64,000 bases of DNA from the human T2T-CHM13v2.0 reference genome, Homo sapiens: assembly GCF_009914755.1 (NCBI RefSeq), contig NC_060936.1; one strand, written 5' to 3'. A model generated the notes under the pieces. The model was not told the DNA's origin and did no database searches. It saw nothing but the letters and a program-made list of their open reading frames with translations. The position numbers and the translations under genes were made by a program. Shown here one piece after another: positions 1 through 16,784 of the stretch. How positions within the stretch are numbered: position 1 is the first letter of the stretch; every line of letters starts with the position of its first letter.

Positions 1-14
1 CAGATAGCATTTCT

Positions 15-326
15 TTTTCTTTTTCTTTCTTTTTTTTTTTTTTTTTTTTGAGACAGAGTCTCGCTCTGTCGCCCAGGCTGGAGTGGCGCAATCTCGGCTC
101 ACTGCAAGCTCTGCCTCCCGGGTTCATGCCATTCTCCTGCCTCAGCCTCCCCAGCAGCTGGGACTACAGGCGCAACCCGCCACACCCGGCTAATTTTTTT
201 GTATTTTTAGTAGAGACAGAGTTTCACCGTGTTAGCCAGGACGGTCTTGATCTCCTGACCTTGTGATCCGCCCGCTTCAGCCTCCCAAAGTGCTGGGATT
301 ACAGGCATGAGCCACCGCGCCCGGCC
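15..326 (-). mobile_element. AluY SINE, full length
   Basis: T-rich tail followed by reverse Alu body with Y-type motifs (tgcaagctc, caccgtgttagccagg); perfect 14-bp TSD cagatagcatttct at 1-14 and 327-340. Confidence 0.95.
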
Positions 327-479
327 CAGATAGCATTTCTACCTGCGGTATCTAAAGAAGCATCACCTCCTCTTTAAAGTCTTCCTTGGCCTTTCCAAGC
401 CATTAATCACTCATCTGTGACATGAAATTGTCTTTTGTGTCTTCTCTGTTATATAATGTGTACAATTACCTTGTAAACA

Positions 480-616
480 TTTATTTATATTCTTGTATGT
501 CTTAGAAATGGTGAATGATCTGAAGTCAGAGATTAAGCCTTGTTCATCTTTATGTCCCATGGCTGGCATAGCGCTTGATACATATGTGCCCAATAGGTAT
601 TTGAGAAATGAATGAG
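480..616 (+). mobile_element. L2 LINE 3' end fragment
   Basis: ggcatagcgcttgatacatatgtgcccaataggtatttgagaaatgaatga resembles the L2 terminus. Confidence 0.6.
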
Positions 617-1214
617 AAAACAATGAAAATTTCTTTAAGCTATGTGGCTCCACTATTGCTATTGTGCTTGGGCCTGTACTCTAGTATGTTTTTGTTACTT
701 GAAAGACATGTTCTTTAAAGTGGAACTTTCATTTCTTGAAAATATATTGACTACTTCTCTGGTCGGATGCCAGTCTGGTCAATCTATATTGCAAACCTGA
801 TTGAGAAAGGCAAGACCCATCACTCTTACTCTCCTAGGCCAGAGGAATTGCTACCCCTGACCTCACACCACTATCAGCCCTAAATTTAACTCCAACTCTT
901 AAGTGGTCAAAAGACTTCAGAGAAGTAAAAATGAGCATTATTCACAAAAATAGAGAAGACTCTACCCTAGATTTGTGGAGATAGTTTATTACTGAATGAA
1001 TTAATTTTGTGGAACTAAATATCCATTTATTAATCATATTAGTTGTTGGATTAAAGTGTATATGCTTTTAGAAAATGCCATTAGGTAAGTTTTAGCTGTA
1101 TCTTAAATAAAAACACTACTGGGATTTCTTGAAGGTTAAATATCAAAAGGAAGCTTAAGTATATATTAAATACTGACTTTAAGCTAATTTAATTTTCATA
1201 AAAACTCTTAAAAG

Positions 1215-1350
1215 TAGAAATTAATGTTCCCACTATACAGATAAGAAACCAAAGCAGAAAAGTGAATAAACTTGTCTAATTTACAAAGCGGTTAAGTGAT
1301 AAAACTGATATGAACCCAACTCTGTTTACCTTAAAACCCGTAATTTTTCC
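1215..1350 (-). mobile_element. MIR SINE fragment
   Basis: cccactatacagataagaaacc...aacttgtctaatttacaaagc...tgaaccca matches the degenerate MIR core. Confidence 0.6.
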
Positions 1351-2787
1351 AATATACAATACTTTTCCACTGTATTTTAATATTTCTATGTATACGATAT
1401 AATTCTACATGTTTGATTTTTTTTAACGTGAGCGTACATCTTATGGAGAAGCATGCTTTGAGAAGGGAATATTTTGCTTGTGATTAGATTTATTCTTCCT
1501 TAGTGGAGAAAATATCCATGACCAGAAACCATGGCAACACAGAAAGAGAACATGAATTTCGTGAAGCAAGAAGAAAACTTTTAGATAAAGAAGATTTTTG
1601 TTTTTTTCTTGAAAACGTCTTTAAGAATGCTGTAGATGAGGAAAACAAGTATCTGAAGATGTAGGCGATGAAGCAGTATGCTAAAAGCAAATGTTTTCTT
1701 ATGAGTTTCCTCAGTCATTAACAATAAAAATTAGCATACCAGGAACCATTTTAGGCAGTGAGGAAGTCAGCAAAGAAAATAAGATACAGTTTCTATTCAT
1801 AAAGTGTTGTAAGTTTGCACCTTTGCATGTCCCAGGAAAAATATAAAGATATGTGGGTAATTTTGAATAGTATCCAATTGAAGTCCTGTTATGATGTCTA
1901 GAATTCTTACTGCAAGGACTGGGTAAAAGGGAGGCCAGATTGAGGTGAGCTGGACTCACTCAAGTGCCTCACAGGGAGCAAAGTTTGTGTTTTCTGGAAA
2001 AACTCTAGCAGATAAAATAGGAGTAATGTGTATGGTGTGTCAGCCTTATAATGGTTTGTCTTCCAGCTTAGGGACAACAACGCAGTGGGTCTCCCTAAAT
2101 AAGAGGCAATTCAGCTCCTTCTTCTTCCCTCCCTCACCTGCACCTCGAGCAACCTCCTGTCAAATCAAGCCTCCAAATCGAATTTTCCAATTCCTCGTCC
2201 CCTGGGTCCAACACTTTTAGTTCTTCATACCTTGTTCCTGGGTCTTCTATCACCAACCCTCAAGTTCATGTTCTTTTTTACAGCAGTCCTTACTCTCTTT
2301 TCTGTGACCGTTCTGGTCTCCTCCAAGAAATATGGGTCATTGTGCCTCAGAAGGAGATGTGAAGTATGAGATCCCAGGACCGAGTGAGTCCCGGCCTAGA
2401 AAGCCACATGGGGACCATGACAGCTAGTTGAAGCTTCGCTTTCACAGCTGTTGGTGATGGCTGAGACCAAGATTATGCCAGTTTGGAATATTGGAGCCCT
2501 TAGTCAAAGGAGATGAAAAACTATTTCTGTACTGAAGAGCTGTTCTGGAAGGGAATGGAAATGAGCTGGATTGGAAATAAGATGTCAAAAAAAAAAAAAC
2601 CCTCAGAAAATTATGTGATTTGAAATGTCAGATCTTTAAAAAAGGGGGGCTCAGAGCAAAGATGTGTACACAAAAACTAGATTTCAGATATATTTGCTGA
2701 TAACTGAATGCAATAATTTTCAAATGCTTATCCATTTTGATCTCCTATCAAATCTATCTCTCTTTCTCCACACATGTGACTTTCACA

Positions 2788-3505
2788 CACATTCATTTAG
2801 TCAATAAATATTTATTGACCACTGTGCAAAGCACCAAAGAAAGCAAGACTGAGAGGATGCCTAGGCATGATATTAGAAATGACTTTATATTAAAGCTAAG
2901 CCATAAGCTGAGTCTTAGAAGATTGAAGCTCACTATTTTAGGAAGAGCATTTCAAGCAGAGAGAAGGGGCCAAGACACAAGAGAGCTAGTTCAGTTAGGA
3001 ATCACATGTGGTTCAGGGTGGGTAGAGTGGCATGTAGGGGGAGCTATGTTGGTAGGGGGTCAGGTTGTGAGGTTCTTTAGAGCCCAGACTATAAAGTAGC
3101 TCCTATGTCACACTAAGGAGCTTGGATTTTACTCTGAAGTTTTTGAGCATACAGGGGTTCTGGGTAGGAGAATGGCTCAATTTGATCTGATCATCTTGGG
3201 GACCATTCATTGATTATAAATGGACAGTGAGGGAGAGGGATTAGTGCAAAGACTCCACATGAAATAAAAGTCTGGGGGTAGCATTATTCTTTGAGAATAT
3301 AATGGGGAATATAATGGGAAAACAAATTAAAAATGATGTTGGACTTGAACATGTTGAACATAAGACATTAATGAAAACATAATGTAGAGAATTGCCATCC
3401 ATCCATTCATCCATCCTTTATCCTGCCATTCATCTGCCTATCTATCATACATACACAATTATTGAATGTTTATCATGCCCCAGGTACTGTGCTAGGCACT
3501 GCCCC
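2788..3505 (-). mobile_element. L2 fragments
   Basis: attcatttagtcaataaatatttattgacc and attattgaatgtttatcatgccccaggtactgtgctaggcactg (reverse L2 3' ends) flanking a purine-rich L2 body. Confidence 0.65.
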
Positions 3506-5299
3506 ATAAGCAGTGGACATCAAAGCCTGAAGCTGTAGGGAGTGATCCTTGCCAGAGTGCCACTTTCTGGTGGGTGGTGGCATGCAGTGGGCATGGTTAA
3601 CATGGTCCAGGTAGATAGTTTAAGTAGAAGAGGACTTAACTTATAATTCTATTTTCAGATTCATCTCATGGTGGCATCTCTTGCTTTTTATGTTCTCCTC
3701 CACCTAAACTCCTCAGATGTTTTAGCTAAACTAAAAAAGTTAACAGATGAAGCCAGGGGACAAATATCTCTTCATATAGTGATTATTTCTGAAGGAACCC
3801 TTTCTCTTACCCCTTATTTCACCTGTCCTCTTTTTCTATTCCCTGTGAAGGTCAAAATAAATTGACATTGAAAAAAAAAACCATTTGGCTTTATAAAAAA
3901 TAAAATTGAGCAATTTAATGGAAATTTAAAATGAATGCTATATAAAATGCATGCTTTGTAATGCCAGAAGTTAAAATGAGAAGTAAATTAGTTCCAGATG
4001 GGGGTCTAGGGATTGCTTTTAAATTACTGTGTTTGCTTAAGCCTGAAAATTTTGACCAGTCTTGCATTCTCACAAAAATATCATTGAGAACACATCAGTT
4101 CTCTGTACAAATCATTTTTTAAGGCTAAGTGGTGTAATCTCCAAGAATTATTAGGGAAACACTTTTGTTTTTGAAAATCTAGCCTGGGAGTCTAGCTTCA
4201 GTGCATCTCAAGTCCGGAAAATTGACTTTTTTTTTTAACTTGGAAATGGTAAGGTAAAGGTTAATCTGATCCTGGTAATTTGGTTTTAGGCTGACACACG
4301 ATGAGGGGAAAAATGGCAGAATCATTGCTTTTAATTCCTAACATGTTTGAAAAGCAGTAGAGATATTGGAATGCTTAAAAATAATGCAAAATCAAGAAAA
4401 ATCTTAATTTTCTATAGAAAATTAACTTGTATAACTAAATGACACTATTTTGCTGAAGAATTTAAATTGAAAGTAAAAACAAGAGAAAATAAATTTGGAA
4501 TATGGTAATCAACTAATTTGGCTTTATCTTTTTGTTTCAGTCTTGAAGGTTAATAAATCAAAAGGGTTTTGTGTCCAAGATTTCAAACCAGTTTTATATA
4601 AGTTGAAAAATATTATTTATGTTAATTTTAAAAGTGATTGTTAATAAATAAATTACTAAATTTCCCAAGTCAGTGTTTTTAATTTAATAACTTATATTTC
4701 ATTCCAAGTCATCATGCTTAAACAGAATTATTTGTAAGGTATTAAGCATTTTGTTAAGTTGCCAAGGGATTTGGATATAAAATTTAGATTTTCAATTTTT
4801 ACTTTTTCTTGGAGAAAGAAATACTTATGATGTTAATGCCTAAATTTTTTTCCTACACTTATGTTACTAGGGCACATAAGAAATTGACAACCGAAAACAT
4901 TTGGACTTTATTGTGGACATAAAAGTGACTCAGAGTGACTAAGTATCCCAGAGAAGCAGAGGTTTATGCCATCTGGCATAAACCTCGCTGGATGACCTCC
5001 TTATACAGATCCTAGGATCTTACAAGTTACTCTCTTCATCATGTCCTTTTCTCTAGACTGATCTGGTTTCCTGTCCATATGGACACATACAGTTCATTTG
5101 CAATTCCTAAATAGGCTGTGCCCACGGATTCTAGTCCAGGGGGAAAACCTCTAACAGTAGGGTGTCTCCATTTGCAGACCAAACACCACTCCTATGGCTA
5201 CCTTTACACCCCATAAGAAGACAGGAAGCCTTAAACATATGGAGAACCAGGGCCTGGTGAAATAAGGGTGTCAGTGGAAGGAATTATGGGTGTTTGAGC

Positions 5300-5540
5300 T
5301 GGAAAAGCACCCCCATTATGAAAAGCTTATAAGCCAGCCTAAGAAATTTCCAATTATGTTTAGGATGCTGGGAAGCCATTAAAGTGTTATAAACCAAAAT
5401 ATGACATGAACATCTTTTTGTTTTATAAAGGTCACTGCTGTTTCATTGCCAAGATGAACTAGGAGGATGAAGGTAAGACTGGAAACAAAAGGCTTATTTA
5501 GGAATCATTTCCAGTACTACAAAGGGAAAGAAAGTAGCAC
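5300..5540 (-). mobile_element. L2 fragment
   Basis: ggaagccattaaagtgttataaacc...atgacatga...aaaggtcactgctg is typical antisense L2. Confidence 0.5.
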
Positions 5541-5594
5541 TGAAAGGTTTCCCTTTCACTCCTACCATTACTAAATGTGTCCAATAATAATTGG

Positions 5595-6198
5595 AAATAT
5601 ACAGTATGTGACCTATTTAAATTAGCTTCTTTTACTTTGCAATGCACATTTAAGGTTCATCCATGCCATTGCCTGGATTGATCACTTATTTCCTTTTATT
5701 GCTGAATATTCTATTGTATAGATATACCACCGTTTGCTTACCCAGTAACTAAATGAAGAACATCATGGTTGCTCCCAGTTTTTGGCAATTATGTTTTGGC
5801 AATAAAGATGTGCATGCAGGTAACTGTGTAGACATAAGTCATCAAATCAGTTGGGTAAAGATTTAGATGTGTGATGGCTGGATTATGGTAAGACTTTGTT
5901 TAGCTTTGTAAGAAACTGCCAAACTGTTTTCCAAACTGGCTGTACCATTTTGCATTCCCATCAGTAACGAGTGAGAGCTCCTGTTGTTCTACATCCTTCT
6001 CAGCATTAGAATATAGCTTTGTCAGGTTTTTGGCTTTGGATTTTAGTCATTCTAATAGGTGTATTGGTGTCTTGTTGTTTTAACTTGTAATTCTCTAATT
6101 ACACATGATATTGGGAATATTTTCATGTGATTATTTGCTATCCGTGTATCTTCTTTGATGGGGTGTCTGTTAGATCTTTGGCCCATATTTTATAAATG
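5595..6198 (-). mobile_element. Old L1M (L1MC/L1MD-like), outer element, 3' part
   Basis: aagaaactgccaaactgttttccaaactggctgtaccattttgcattccca and related reverse L1 ORF2/3'UTR sequence; interrupted by a second L1. Confidence 0.8.
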
Positions 6199-6451
6199 AG
6201 ACGTGATTTTTTACAGCAATTTTAAGTTCATAGCAAAATTGATCAGAAAGCACACAGAGTTTCCATATACTCCCTGCCCTCCCTGCCCCCGCCCTGCCCC
6301 CCAACACACAGCCTCCCCCATTATTCATATCCCACACTAGTGTGGTAACTTTTTTTTTTTTTTTAACAATGATGAATCTACATTGATACATTATTATTAC
6401 CAAAGTCCATAGTTTTTACTATGGTTCACTCTTGGGGTTGTATATCCTGTG

Positions 6452-6454
<3 letters not shown>

Positions 6455-6484
<30 letters not shown>
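6455..6484. repeat. (AT)15 microsatellite
   Basis: Read directly from the sequence. Confidence 0.95.
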
Positions 6485-6489
<5 letters not shown>

Positions 6490-7912
6490 TGTAACTATTA
6501 TAGTATCATGTAGAACAGTTTCACTGTCTAAAAGTTCTCTGTGTTCTGCCTATTCATCCCTCTCTTCCCCCTAAATCTTAACAATCTCTGATCGTTTTAC
6601 TGTCACCATAGTGCTGCCTTTTCCAGAATGTCATATAGTTGGATCATGTAGTGTGAAGCCTTTTCAGATTGCCTTCTTTCACTTAGTAATATGCATTTAA
6701 GTTTCCTGCACGTTTTTTCATGGCTTGAGAGCTCCTTTCTGTTTAGTGCTGAATAACATTCCATCGTCTGATGTACCACAGTTTGTTTATCCATTCATTT
6801 ACTGAAGAAAAACTTAGTTGCTTCCAAGATTTGGCAATTATGAATAAAAGTTCTACAAATATCCACGGGCAGGTTTTTGTAGGGACATACATTTTCAGAC
6901 TATTTGGGTAAACATCAAGGAATTTGATTCCTGAATCATACAGCAAGAGTACCTTTAGCTTTTAGTAAGAAACTGCCAAACTGTCTTCCAAAGTAGCTAC
7001 ACCACTTTTGATCCCCACCAGCAATGACTGAGAGGTTTTTTTTTTTTTTTTTTGCTCCACATCCTCACCAGCATTTGGTGTTGTCAGTGTTTTGGATTTT
7101 GCACATTCTAATAATGTGTAGTTGTATCCCACTGTTGTTTTCATTTGCAATTCCTAAATGATACATGATGTTGAGAATCTTTCCATATGTTTATTTGACA
7201 TCTGTATATCTTTTATGGTGAGGTGTCTTTTCAGATGTTTTACCCATTTTTTTAGTTGACTTTTTTTCATTGTTGAGTTTTAGAAGTTCTTTGCATATTT
7301 TAGATCACAGTCCTTTATCAATTATGTCTTTGGCCAATATTTTCTCCCAGTCTGTGGCTTGTCTTATGATTCTCTAGACAGTGTTTTTTTTCACAGAGAA
7401 GTTCTTAATTTTAATAATTTGTTTAGAAATTATTTCTTTCATGCATCATTACTTTGTGTTGTATAAAAAAGTCACCACCATACCCAAGGTCACACAGATT
7501 TTCTCCTATGTTACCTTCCAGGAGTTTCATAGTTTTACCATTTACATGTAGTTCTGTGTCTCATTTTGAGTTAATTTTTGTGACTGGCATAATATCTATA
7601 TCCAGGTTCATTTTTTTCTTTTTCTTTTCTTCTTTTTGCATGTGGATGCCCAGTTGTTCCAACATCATTTGTTAAAAAGACTATATTTTCTCCACTCTAT
7701 TATCTTTGCTTCTTTACCAAAGCTGACATTATTTGTGTGGGTCGATTTCTGATTTCTCTATTCTGTTCCATTGGTCTATTTATCTATTTTTTCACCGATA
7801 TTATACAGTCTTCTGATTACTGTAGCTTTATAAAACTTGAAGTCAGTCCTCTGAATGTCCTTCTCACTTAATATTGTGTTATCTATTCTGGATCTTTTGC
7901 CTTTCCATATAA

Positions 7913-8235
<323 letters not shown>

Positions 8236-11200
8236 TAGAATCAATTTGTTGATATCCACGATACAATTTGCTGAAATTTTTATTTCAATTGTATTGAATC
8301 TGTAGACCAAATTGGGAAGAACTGACATCTTGACAATACTGATTCTTTCTATACATGAACATGAAATATTTCACCATTTACTTAGTTTTTCTCTAATTTC
8401 TCTTATCAGAATTTTGTAGTTTTCCCCATAGAGGTCTTGCACATAGGTCTCGCACAGATTGTTAGATTTGTGGCTAAATATTTCATCTTGTGCTAACATA
8501 AATGGTAGAATGTTTTAAATTTCAACATTTGTTCCACTTGTTCATTGTTGGTATATAGGAAAGTGATTGGCCTGTATCCTGTAATCTTTCCGTAATTGCT
8601 TATCTGATCTGGGAGTTTTTTGTCTATTCCTTTAAAATTTTCTACATAGACGATCACATAATTTGTGAACAAAGACAGTTATATTTTTTTCTTCCCAATT
8701 TGTATTTTCCTTTTTTTGTCTTATTCCATAAGCTAAGACAAGCATTATGATGTCAAAAAGGACTGGTCAAAGGAGTCATTCTTGCTTTGTTACTGACCTT
8801 AGAGAGAAAGCACTTGCTTTCTCACCATTAAGTGTAAGGTTAGCTATAAGTTTCTTGTAAAATGTTCCTTATCAAGTTGAGAAAGTTCTCCTCTATCCCT
8901 AGTTTGCTGAAAGTTTTTATCACCCATTAGGGTGTTAAGATTTTGTCAAATGCTTTTTCTGTGTGAGCTGGTATGATCATGTGATTTTTCATTCTTCAGC
9001 CTTGATTTGATAAATTTCATTAGTTAATTTTTGAATGTCAACCGGTCTTGCATATTTGGAATAAATTCCACTTGGTCATGGCATATACACCTTTTTATAC
9101 ATTGTTGGATTCAATTTGTGAATATTTTATTGAAGATTTTTGCATTTATGTTCATGTGCCTTATTGGTCTATAGTTTCCTTTCCCTGTAATACCTTTGCC
9201 TGCTTTTGGTATTAGGATAATACTGGCCTCATAGAATGAGTTAGGACGTATTCCCTTTGCTTCTATTTTCTGGAAGAAATTACAGAGAGTTCTAAGATTT
9301 TTTGCTTAAATGATAGAACTCACTAGTGAACCCATCTGGGCATGGAACTTTCTGTTTTGGGAGGTTATTGATTATTGATTTAACTTCTTTAATAGGTATA
9401 TGCCTGTTCTCGTTGTCTATTTCTTCTTGTGTGAGTTTGGTAGATTGTGTCTTTCAGGGAATTTGTTTATTTCATCTAGGTTCTAAAATTTGTGGGCTGA
9501 AATATTTGCCCATATAGTATTCCTTTATTATCCTTTCAATGTCCATGGGCTCTGTCGTGATATCTATCCCCTCTGTCATTTCTGCTGTTAGTAATTTGCA
9601 TCTTCTTTTTCTTGGCCTGGCTAAAGGCTTGTCAATTTTATTGATCTTTTCAAATAATTAATGTTTAGTTTTGTTAATTTTTCTATAGATATTCTATTTT
9701 CAGTTACATTGATTTCTGTTCTAGTTTTTATTATTTCTTATCTTCTGTTTATTTTGTGTTTAATTCACTCTTCTATTTCTAGTTTCCTAGAAATAGGTGG
9801 AAGCTTATTTTATTGATTTTAGATCTTTATTCCCTTTTAATACATGAATTCAATGCTACAAATTTTTATTTAATCACTGCTTTTGCTGTATGACACAAAT
9901 TTTGATAAGTTGTATTTTTACTTTCATTTAGTTCAAATTATTTTAAATTTCTCAAGAGTTTTTCTTTCACCCATATGTTATTTAGAAGTGTGTTGTTGAG
10001 TCTTCAAGTATGTTGGGATTTTTCCAACAATCTTTCTGTTGTTGATTTCTAGCTTAATTCCATTGTGGTCTGAGAACATGCTTTCTATGATTTGTATTCT
10101 GTTAAATTTTTGAGGTGTTTTTTATGACCTAGAACGTGGTCTATCTTATGAATGTTCTGTGTAAGCTGAAGAAGAAAAAATGTGTATTTTGCTGTCATTG
10201 GATGAAGTAGCCTATAGATGTCAATTATATCTAGTTTATTTATGGTGCTATTGAGTTGAACTATGTCCTTACTGATTTTCTACCTGCTGGATCTCTCCAT
10301 TTCTGATAGCAAGGTGTTGAAGTCTCCAACTATAATGGCGGATTCGTCTATTTCTCCTTAAAGTTCCATCAGGTTTTACCTCACACATTTTAATATATGG
10401 GCCTCTCTTTTTAGGCCCATATATATTAAATATTACTAAGACTTCTTGGATAATTAACCCTTTTATCATCATGTAATGTTCCTTTTAATCCATTATAATT
10501 TTCCTTTCTCTGAAGTTTGTTCTGTCTGATATTAATATAGCTATTCCAGTTTTCTTTTTATTGACATTATCACATTTGTCTATCCCTTTACTTTTAATCT
10601 ATATGTGTCTTTATATTTAAAATATATTTTATATTGGATGCATCTGACAGTCTCTTTTAATTGATGTATTTAGATCATTGATATTTAAAATGATTACTGA
10701 TATATGAAATTAATATCTATCATATTTGTTATGTTTTCTATTCATTGCCTTTCTTCTTTGTTTCTATTTTTTGTCTTTTACTTTTTTCTACCTTTTTTGG
10801 TTTTACCTGAGCATTTTATTTCATTCTATTTTCTCTCCTTTTTTATTATATCGATTTTACTTCTTTTTTTACTTCGTTTAGTACTTGCCCTGGAGTTTGC
10901 AAAAAAATATGAATTTACAACTAATCCAAGTCCACTTGCAAATAACACTACACCAGTTTATGGGTAGAGTAATACCTTATAATAATAAAATAATCCTAAT
11001 TCCTCCCTCCTGTCCATTGTATCTTCGTTGTCATTCATTCAACTTATACATGAGCAATTATAAATACATTGTTTCCTTTACTACATTGAACAAACTGTTA
11101 TTTGTTAGATAAATTAAGAGTAAGAAAAATTAAAGTTTTAATTTTACCTTTAAAATTACCTTTTTCTGTAATGCTCTTCCTTTCTTTAAGTACAATCCAG

Positions 11201-11951
11201 TTTCTGAGATGTATCATTCTCCTTCTCTGAAGAATGTATCGTATCATTTTTTTTTCAAGGCAGGTTTATTGGCAGCAAATTCCTTCAATTTTTGTTGCCC
11301 AAGAAAGTCTTAATTTATCCTTCACTTTTGAAGAGTAATTTTTCAGGGTATAGAATTCTAGGTCGGTGGATTTTCTTTTTGTCAAAATGCTTCAGATATT
11401 TCATTTCACTCTTTTCTTGCTTGCATAATTTCTGAGGAGAAGTTTGAATATGATATACCTGGCTGTCATTCTTTCGCATTTATCCTGCTTGTGTTCTCTG
11501 TGCTTCCTGAATGTGTGGTCTGGTGTCTGACATTGGGGGAAATTCTCAGCCATTATTTTTTCAAATACTTCTCTTATTTCCTATTTCCTCTCCTTCTGGT
11601 ATTGCCTCTCCATGTATGTTGCATGGAAAATAACATACATTTGTACCACAGTTGTACCACAGTTCTTGGATATTCTGTCCTATATTTTTCAGTGTCTTTT
11701 CTCTTTGCTTTTCAGTTTTACCAGTTTCTATTGACATATCCTTGAGCTCAGAGATTTTTTTCCTTTGGCTGTGCCCAGACTCATTAGCAAAGAGACTGAG
11801 GAAAAAGGCATTTAAAGGCATTCTTCATTTCTTTTATAGACATTTTAATATCTAGCATTTCTTTAGAGGTCTTTCTTAGAATTTCTATTTACATTAACCA
11901 TGAGCTTTTGCATATTGTCTACTTTTTTCCAGTAGAGACTTTGGCATACTC

Positions 11952-13405
11952 TACCCATTTTTAAATTAGTTTATTTTTTTCTTATTGTTGTTTTAATACT
12001 TCTTTGTATACTTGGGATGTAAGTCCTTTTGCACATATGTGTTATTTGCTTTGTGAATAACTTTCTAACTCTGTGGCTCATCTTTTCATTCTATTCACAG
12101 TGTCTTTAACGTAACAGAAGTTTTAAATTTTAATAAAGTCCAATTATCAACCTTTTTTTATTTTCATGGATCTTTCTTTTGCTGTCACTTCTAAAAGGTC
12201 TTCATGAAACTGAAGCTTACCTAGATTTTCTCCTATACTATAATCTAGAAACCTTACAGTTTTGCATTTTACATTTAGGTATATGATCCATTTTGATTAA
12301 TTTTTGTGAAAGTTGTTCACCTGTGTCTAGACTTTTTTTTTTTTTTTTTTTTTTTTTGCCTGTGGGCGCTTGCTTTTTACAACATAAATTTGTTTTTAAA
12401 AAGCTATTCTTTCTACATTTACTTGCCTTTGCTCCTTGGTAAAATATCAGTTGACTTTATTTGTGTAGGTCTACCTCTGAGCTCTTTATTCTGTTTCATC
12501 GAACTATCTGTCTATTTGTTCATGAATACCATGCTGTCCTACAGCCTTATAAATAAGCCTTGAAGTCTGGTAGTGTTAGTGATGGAACTCATTCTTCCTC
12601 TTTAATATTGTGTTGGCTACTCTAGGTTTTTTTACCTTTCCATATAAATTTTAGAAACAGATTGTTGATATCTACAAAATCAGTTGCTGGGATTTTACTT
12701 GAATTGGATTGAATCTATAGGTTAAGTTGGGAAGAACAGGCATCTTAACAATATTGAGTCTTCCAATCTGTGAACATGCAGTATCTCTCCATTTATTTAG
12801 ATCTTCTTTATTAGATCAGAGTTTTATAATGCTTCTCGCATAGATCTGGTACATATTTTGTTAGATTTATACATAAGCATTTAATTTTCTTTGTGCTGTT
12901 TTAAATGGTACAGTGTTTTTAATGTCAAATTCCATCTGTTCATTGCTAGTATATAGAAAAGCAATTAACTTTTATACATTAAACTTGTATACTGTTATTT
13001 GATATAATTACTTATTAATTCCAGGGGTTTTGTGCAAATTTGGGGGGATTTTCTACATAGAAAATCATATCATTTGTGAACAAAGACAGTTGCATTTCTT
13101 CCTTCCCAATCTGCGTATCTTTATTTCCTTTTCCTGTCTTATTACACTAGTTAGGTCTTCTGGTGAAATGTTGTATAGAAGTGGAAAGAGGGGATATCCT
13201 TGCCTTGTTTATGACCTTACTAGGAGAAAAATCCAGTTTTTCACCCCTCAAGTATACTATGTTCATCTGGTTCTGCTTCTAGGCTAATGCTGGCCTTATA
13301 CAAAGTGTTCACTGCTTTTATTTCTGTAGAAAATTGTCTCAATCTTTCTTAAATGTTTGGTAGAATTCTCTAATGGAACTTCTGTCTGCTTTCTTTTTTA
13401 AAAGG
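11952..13405 (-). mobile_element. Old L1M, outer element resumed (ORF2 region)
   Basis: Picks up where 5595-6198 stopped (cccatttttaaattag...cttattgttg) and parallels inner-element sequence 7240-9365. Confidence 0.8.
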
Positions 13406-13646
13406 TGTTATGAACTGAATGTTTGTGTCTCTCCAAAACTAATATATGAAAATCCTAACCCCTAAGTTGATAATATTAGGAGGTGGAGCCTTTCGGAGAC
13501 AATAGATCATGAGGATGAAACCCTCATGACTGGGATTAATGCCCTTATAAAAGGCACCCCTGAGAGTTCTCTCACTCTTTTTCTCCCATTTGGGGGTTAG
13601 CAAAAAGACAGCTACCCGGAAACCAGGAAGAGGGCCCTCACAGATA
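13406..13646 (+). mobile_element. MaLR LTR (MLT1A-like), 3' truncated
   Basis: tgttatgaactgaatgtttgtgtctctccaaaa...gggattaatgcccttataaaagg...ccaggaagagggccctca. Confidence 0.8.
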
Positions 13647-13649
13647 CTC

Positions 13650-15125
<1,476 letters not shown>

Positions 15126-16579
15126 AGCTTACTGTTCCAGTAATGTTCTAGAGCTCCCTTATCCAGCTATTATTCTTGCGTCTTCAATATTTTTTCACAT
15201 TTATTTTGGCTCAGCCATGTGTTATATATATTTCAGCATTTTAAAGTGTGTGATACAAAGAGGAATTTATCTTACCATCATTGACACTGTAGGTCTAGAA
15301 GTAGAACTCAATTGACAAGCATTTAACATTTTACTATTAGTTTTATTTGGTTTGTTTCTAACTTCTTCAAGTTACTCATATTCGCTTAACTTTAAAGAAT
15401 GTGCAAGAACACATATCTGATTAATACATATATATTTAATCACAAAATATTGATTATTCTCCATTAATAAATGTGTTAAAAATTATTTCACAGGCTCAAA
15501 TATTTACATATTTTATCTTTTAGCCTTAATAATCCAAGAGTCATTACCTTATTCAAATTAGAAGATTCCACTTCAGATTCACTTTGCCAATCTTATGTTC
15601 ATTTCAACACAAATGCCACAGGAATATTCTCTTGCTAGCAACTCTAAGAGTAAATTTCTTAGTAAATTGTCAGACAAAACCAAAATCTAACAGCTATACA
15701 AACATGGGTACAGGTCAATGTTTCCATGTAGCACACTGGAGTATTTTATAGGAAAATTTCACTTTATACCTCATTTATTTTGTTCTCTCTGTTTGGAAAT
15801 AAACTAATTTTAAAAGCTCATCAAAGATTGTTTTGCTTATTTATTATACACATGATCCTAATATAGCTACATGGTTGATATGGCTCATGCACTGTAATTT
15901 AAGCATCAATTTTGGATTGTTTGGTGGCGACTTATCAATTGGCCTCTTCTTTATTTTGCTTTTGATTTTTCTAGCATTTATCTGGATAATAATAATACTT
16001 TGGGTCTCAAGAAAGAGAAGAGAGAGGGGGGGTAGGAGAGAAGAAATAAAAATGTAACACCAGTCTCCCTCATAAGATATTTTAGGTAGTTAAACCGCCT
16101 AAAAAAAACCCCTGAAATATCTTTATACATACTTTCTGAAACTATCATCATCTGTTATATTCTCACTTTGAAATAACTGGCACAAGTCTTGATACATATA
16201 CTGGCAAAAGCACACAACTTAGCCAGCTTTCTTCTAGCTGTTCCAAACCCATTTCTTCACAGCGTGAGGTAGAAAAGCAAATCGCACCACAGGGAGGAGT
16301 ACATTTGGAGACAAAAAGAATAAAAGTGACTTTCCAGAACCCTTCTTTCAAGTCCAAAGGATTTGGCTTAGTGATCTTTGGTACATGCTGTCTGAAGCTC
16401 TGCTGGAGGATGGGGGCTGGTTGTGTAGGTTAATGTAATAGGTTAGTGTTAGTAACTATTACCAAACACATCTACCCTGTACAGGTACCAGGCTTTTGCT
16501 TAAGCACACTAAAAGAAAATTCGACGGTAATTAATGAGATTTTCCCTAGAAAACCTCAGAACAAAGACAAAAACTGTGG

Positions 16580-16732
16580 ATAATATAAATTAAAATATAC
16601 ATATACACATTCATATATGTACATATAATATACACACACACGTGTGTATGTACATATAATATATACACACATGTGTGTTTATATAATGTATATATTATAT
16701 AAACACACATATGTAATAATACATACATATTA
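16580..16732. repeat. (TA)/(CA)/(TG) low-complexity repeat
   Basis: Degenerate tatatacacacacgtgtgtatg units. Confidence 0.85.
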
Positions 16733-16784
16733 TTTTCTGTGAGTTTTAGAGTTCAAGACAACTGCTCATAGATTTAAGCCATTG

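Noticed and set aside
48-266. Alu-derived ORFs (also 7948, 14395, 22080, 31505, 32872, 32928, 50578, 55347, 56044, 60848)
   Set aside because: Typical antisense-Alu translations ([10 protein letters not shown] etc.), not genes
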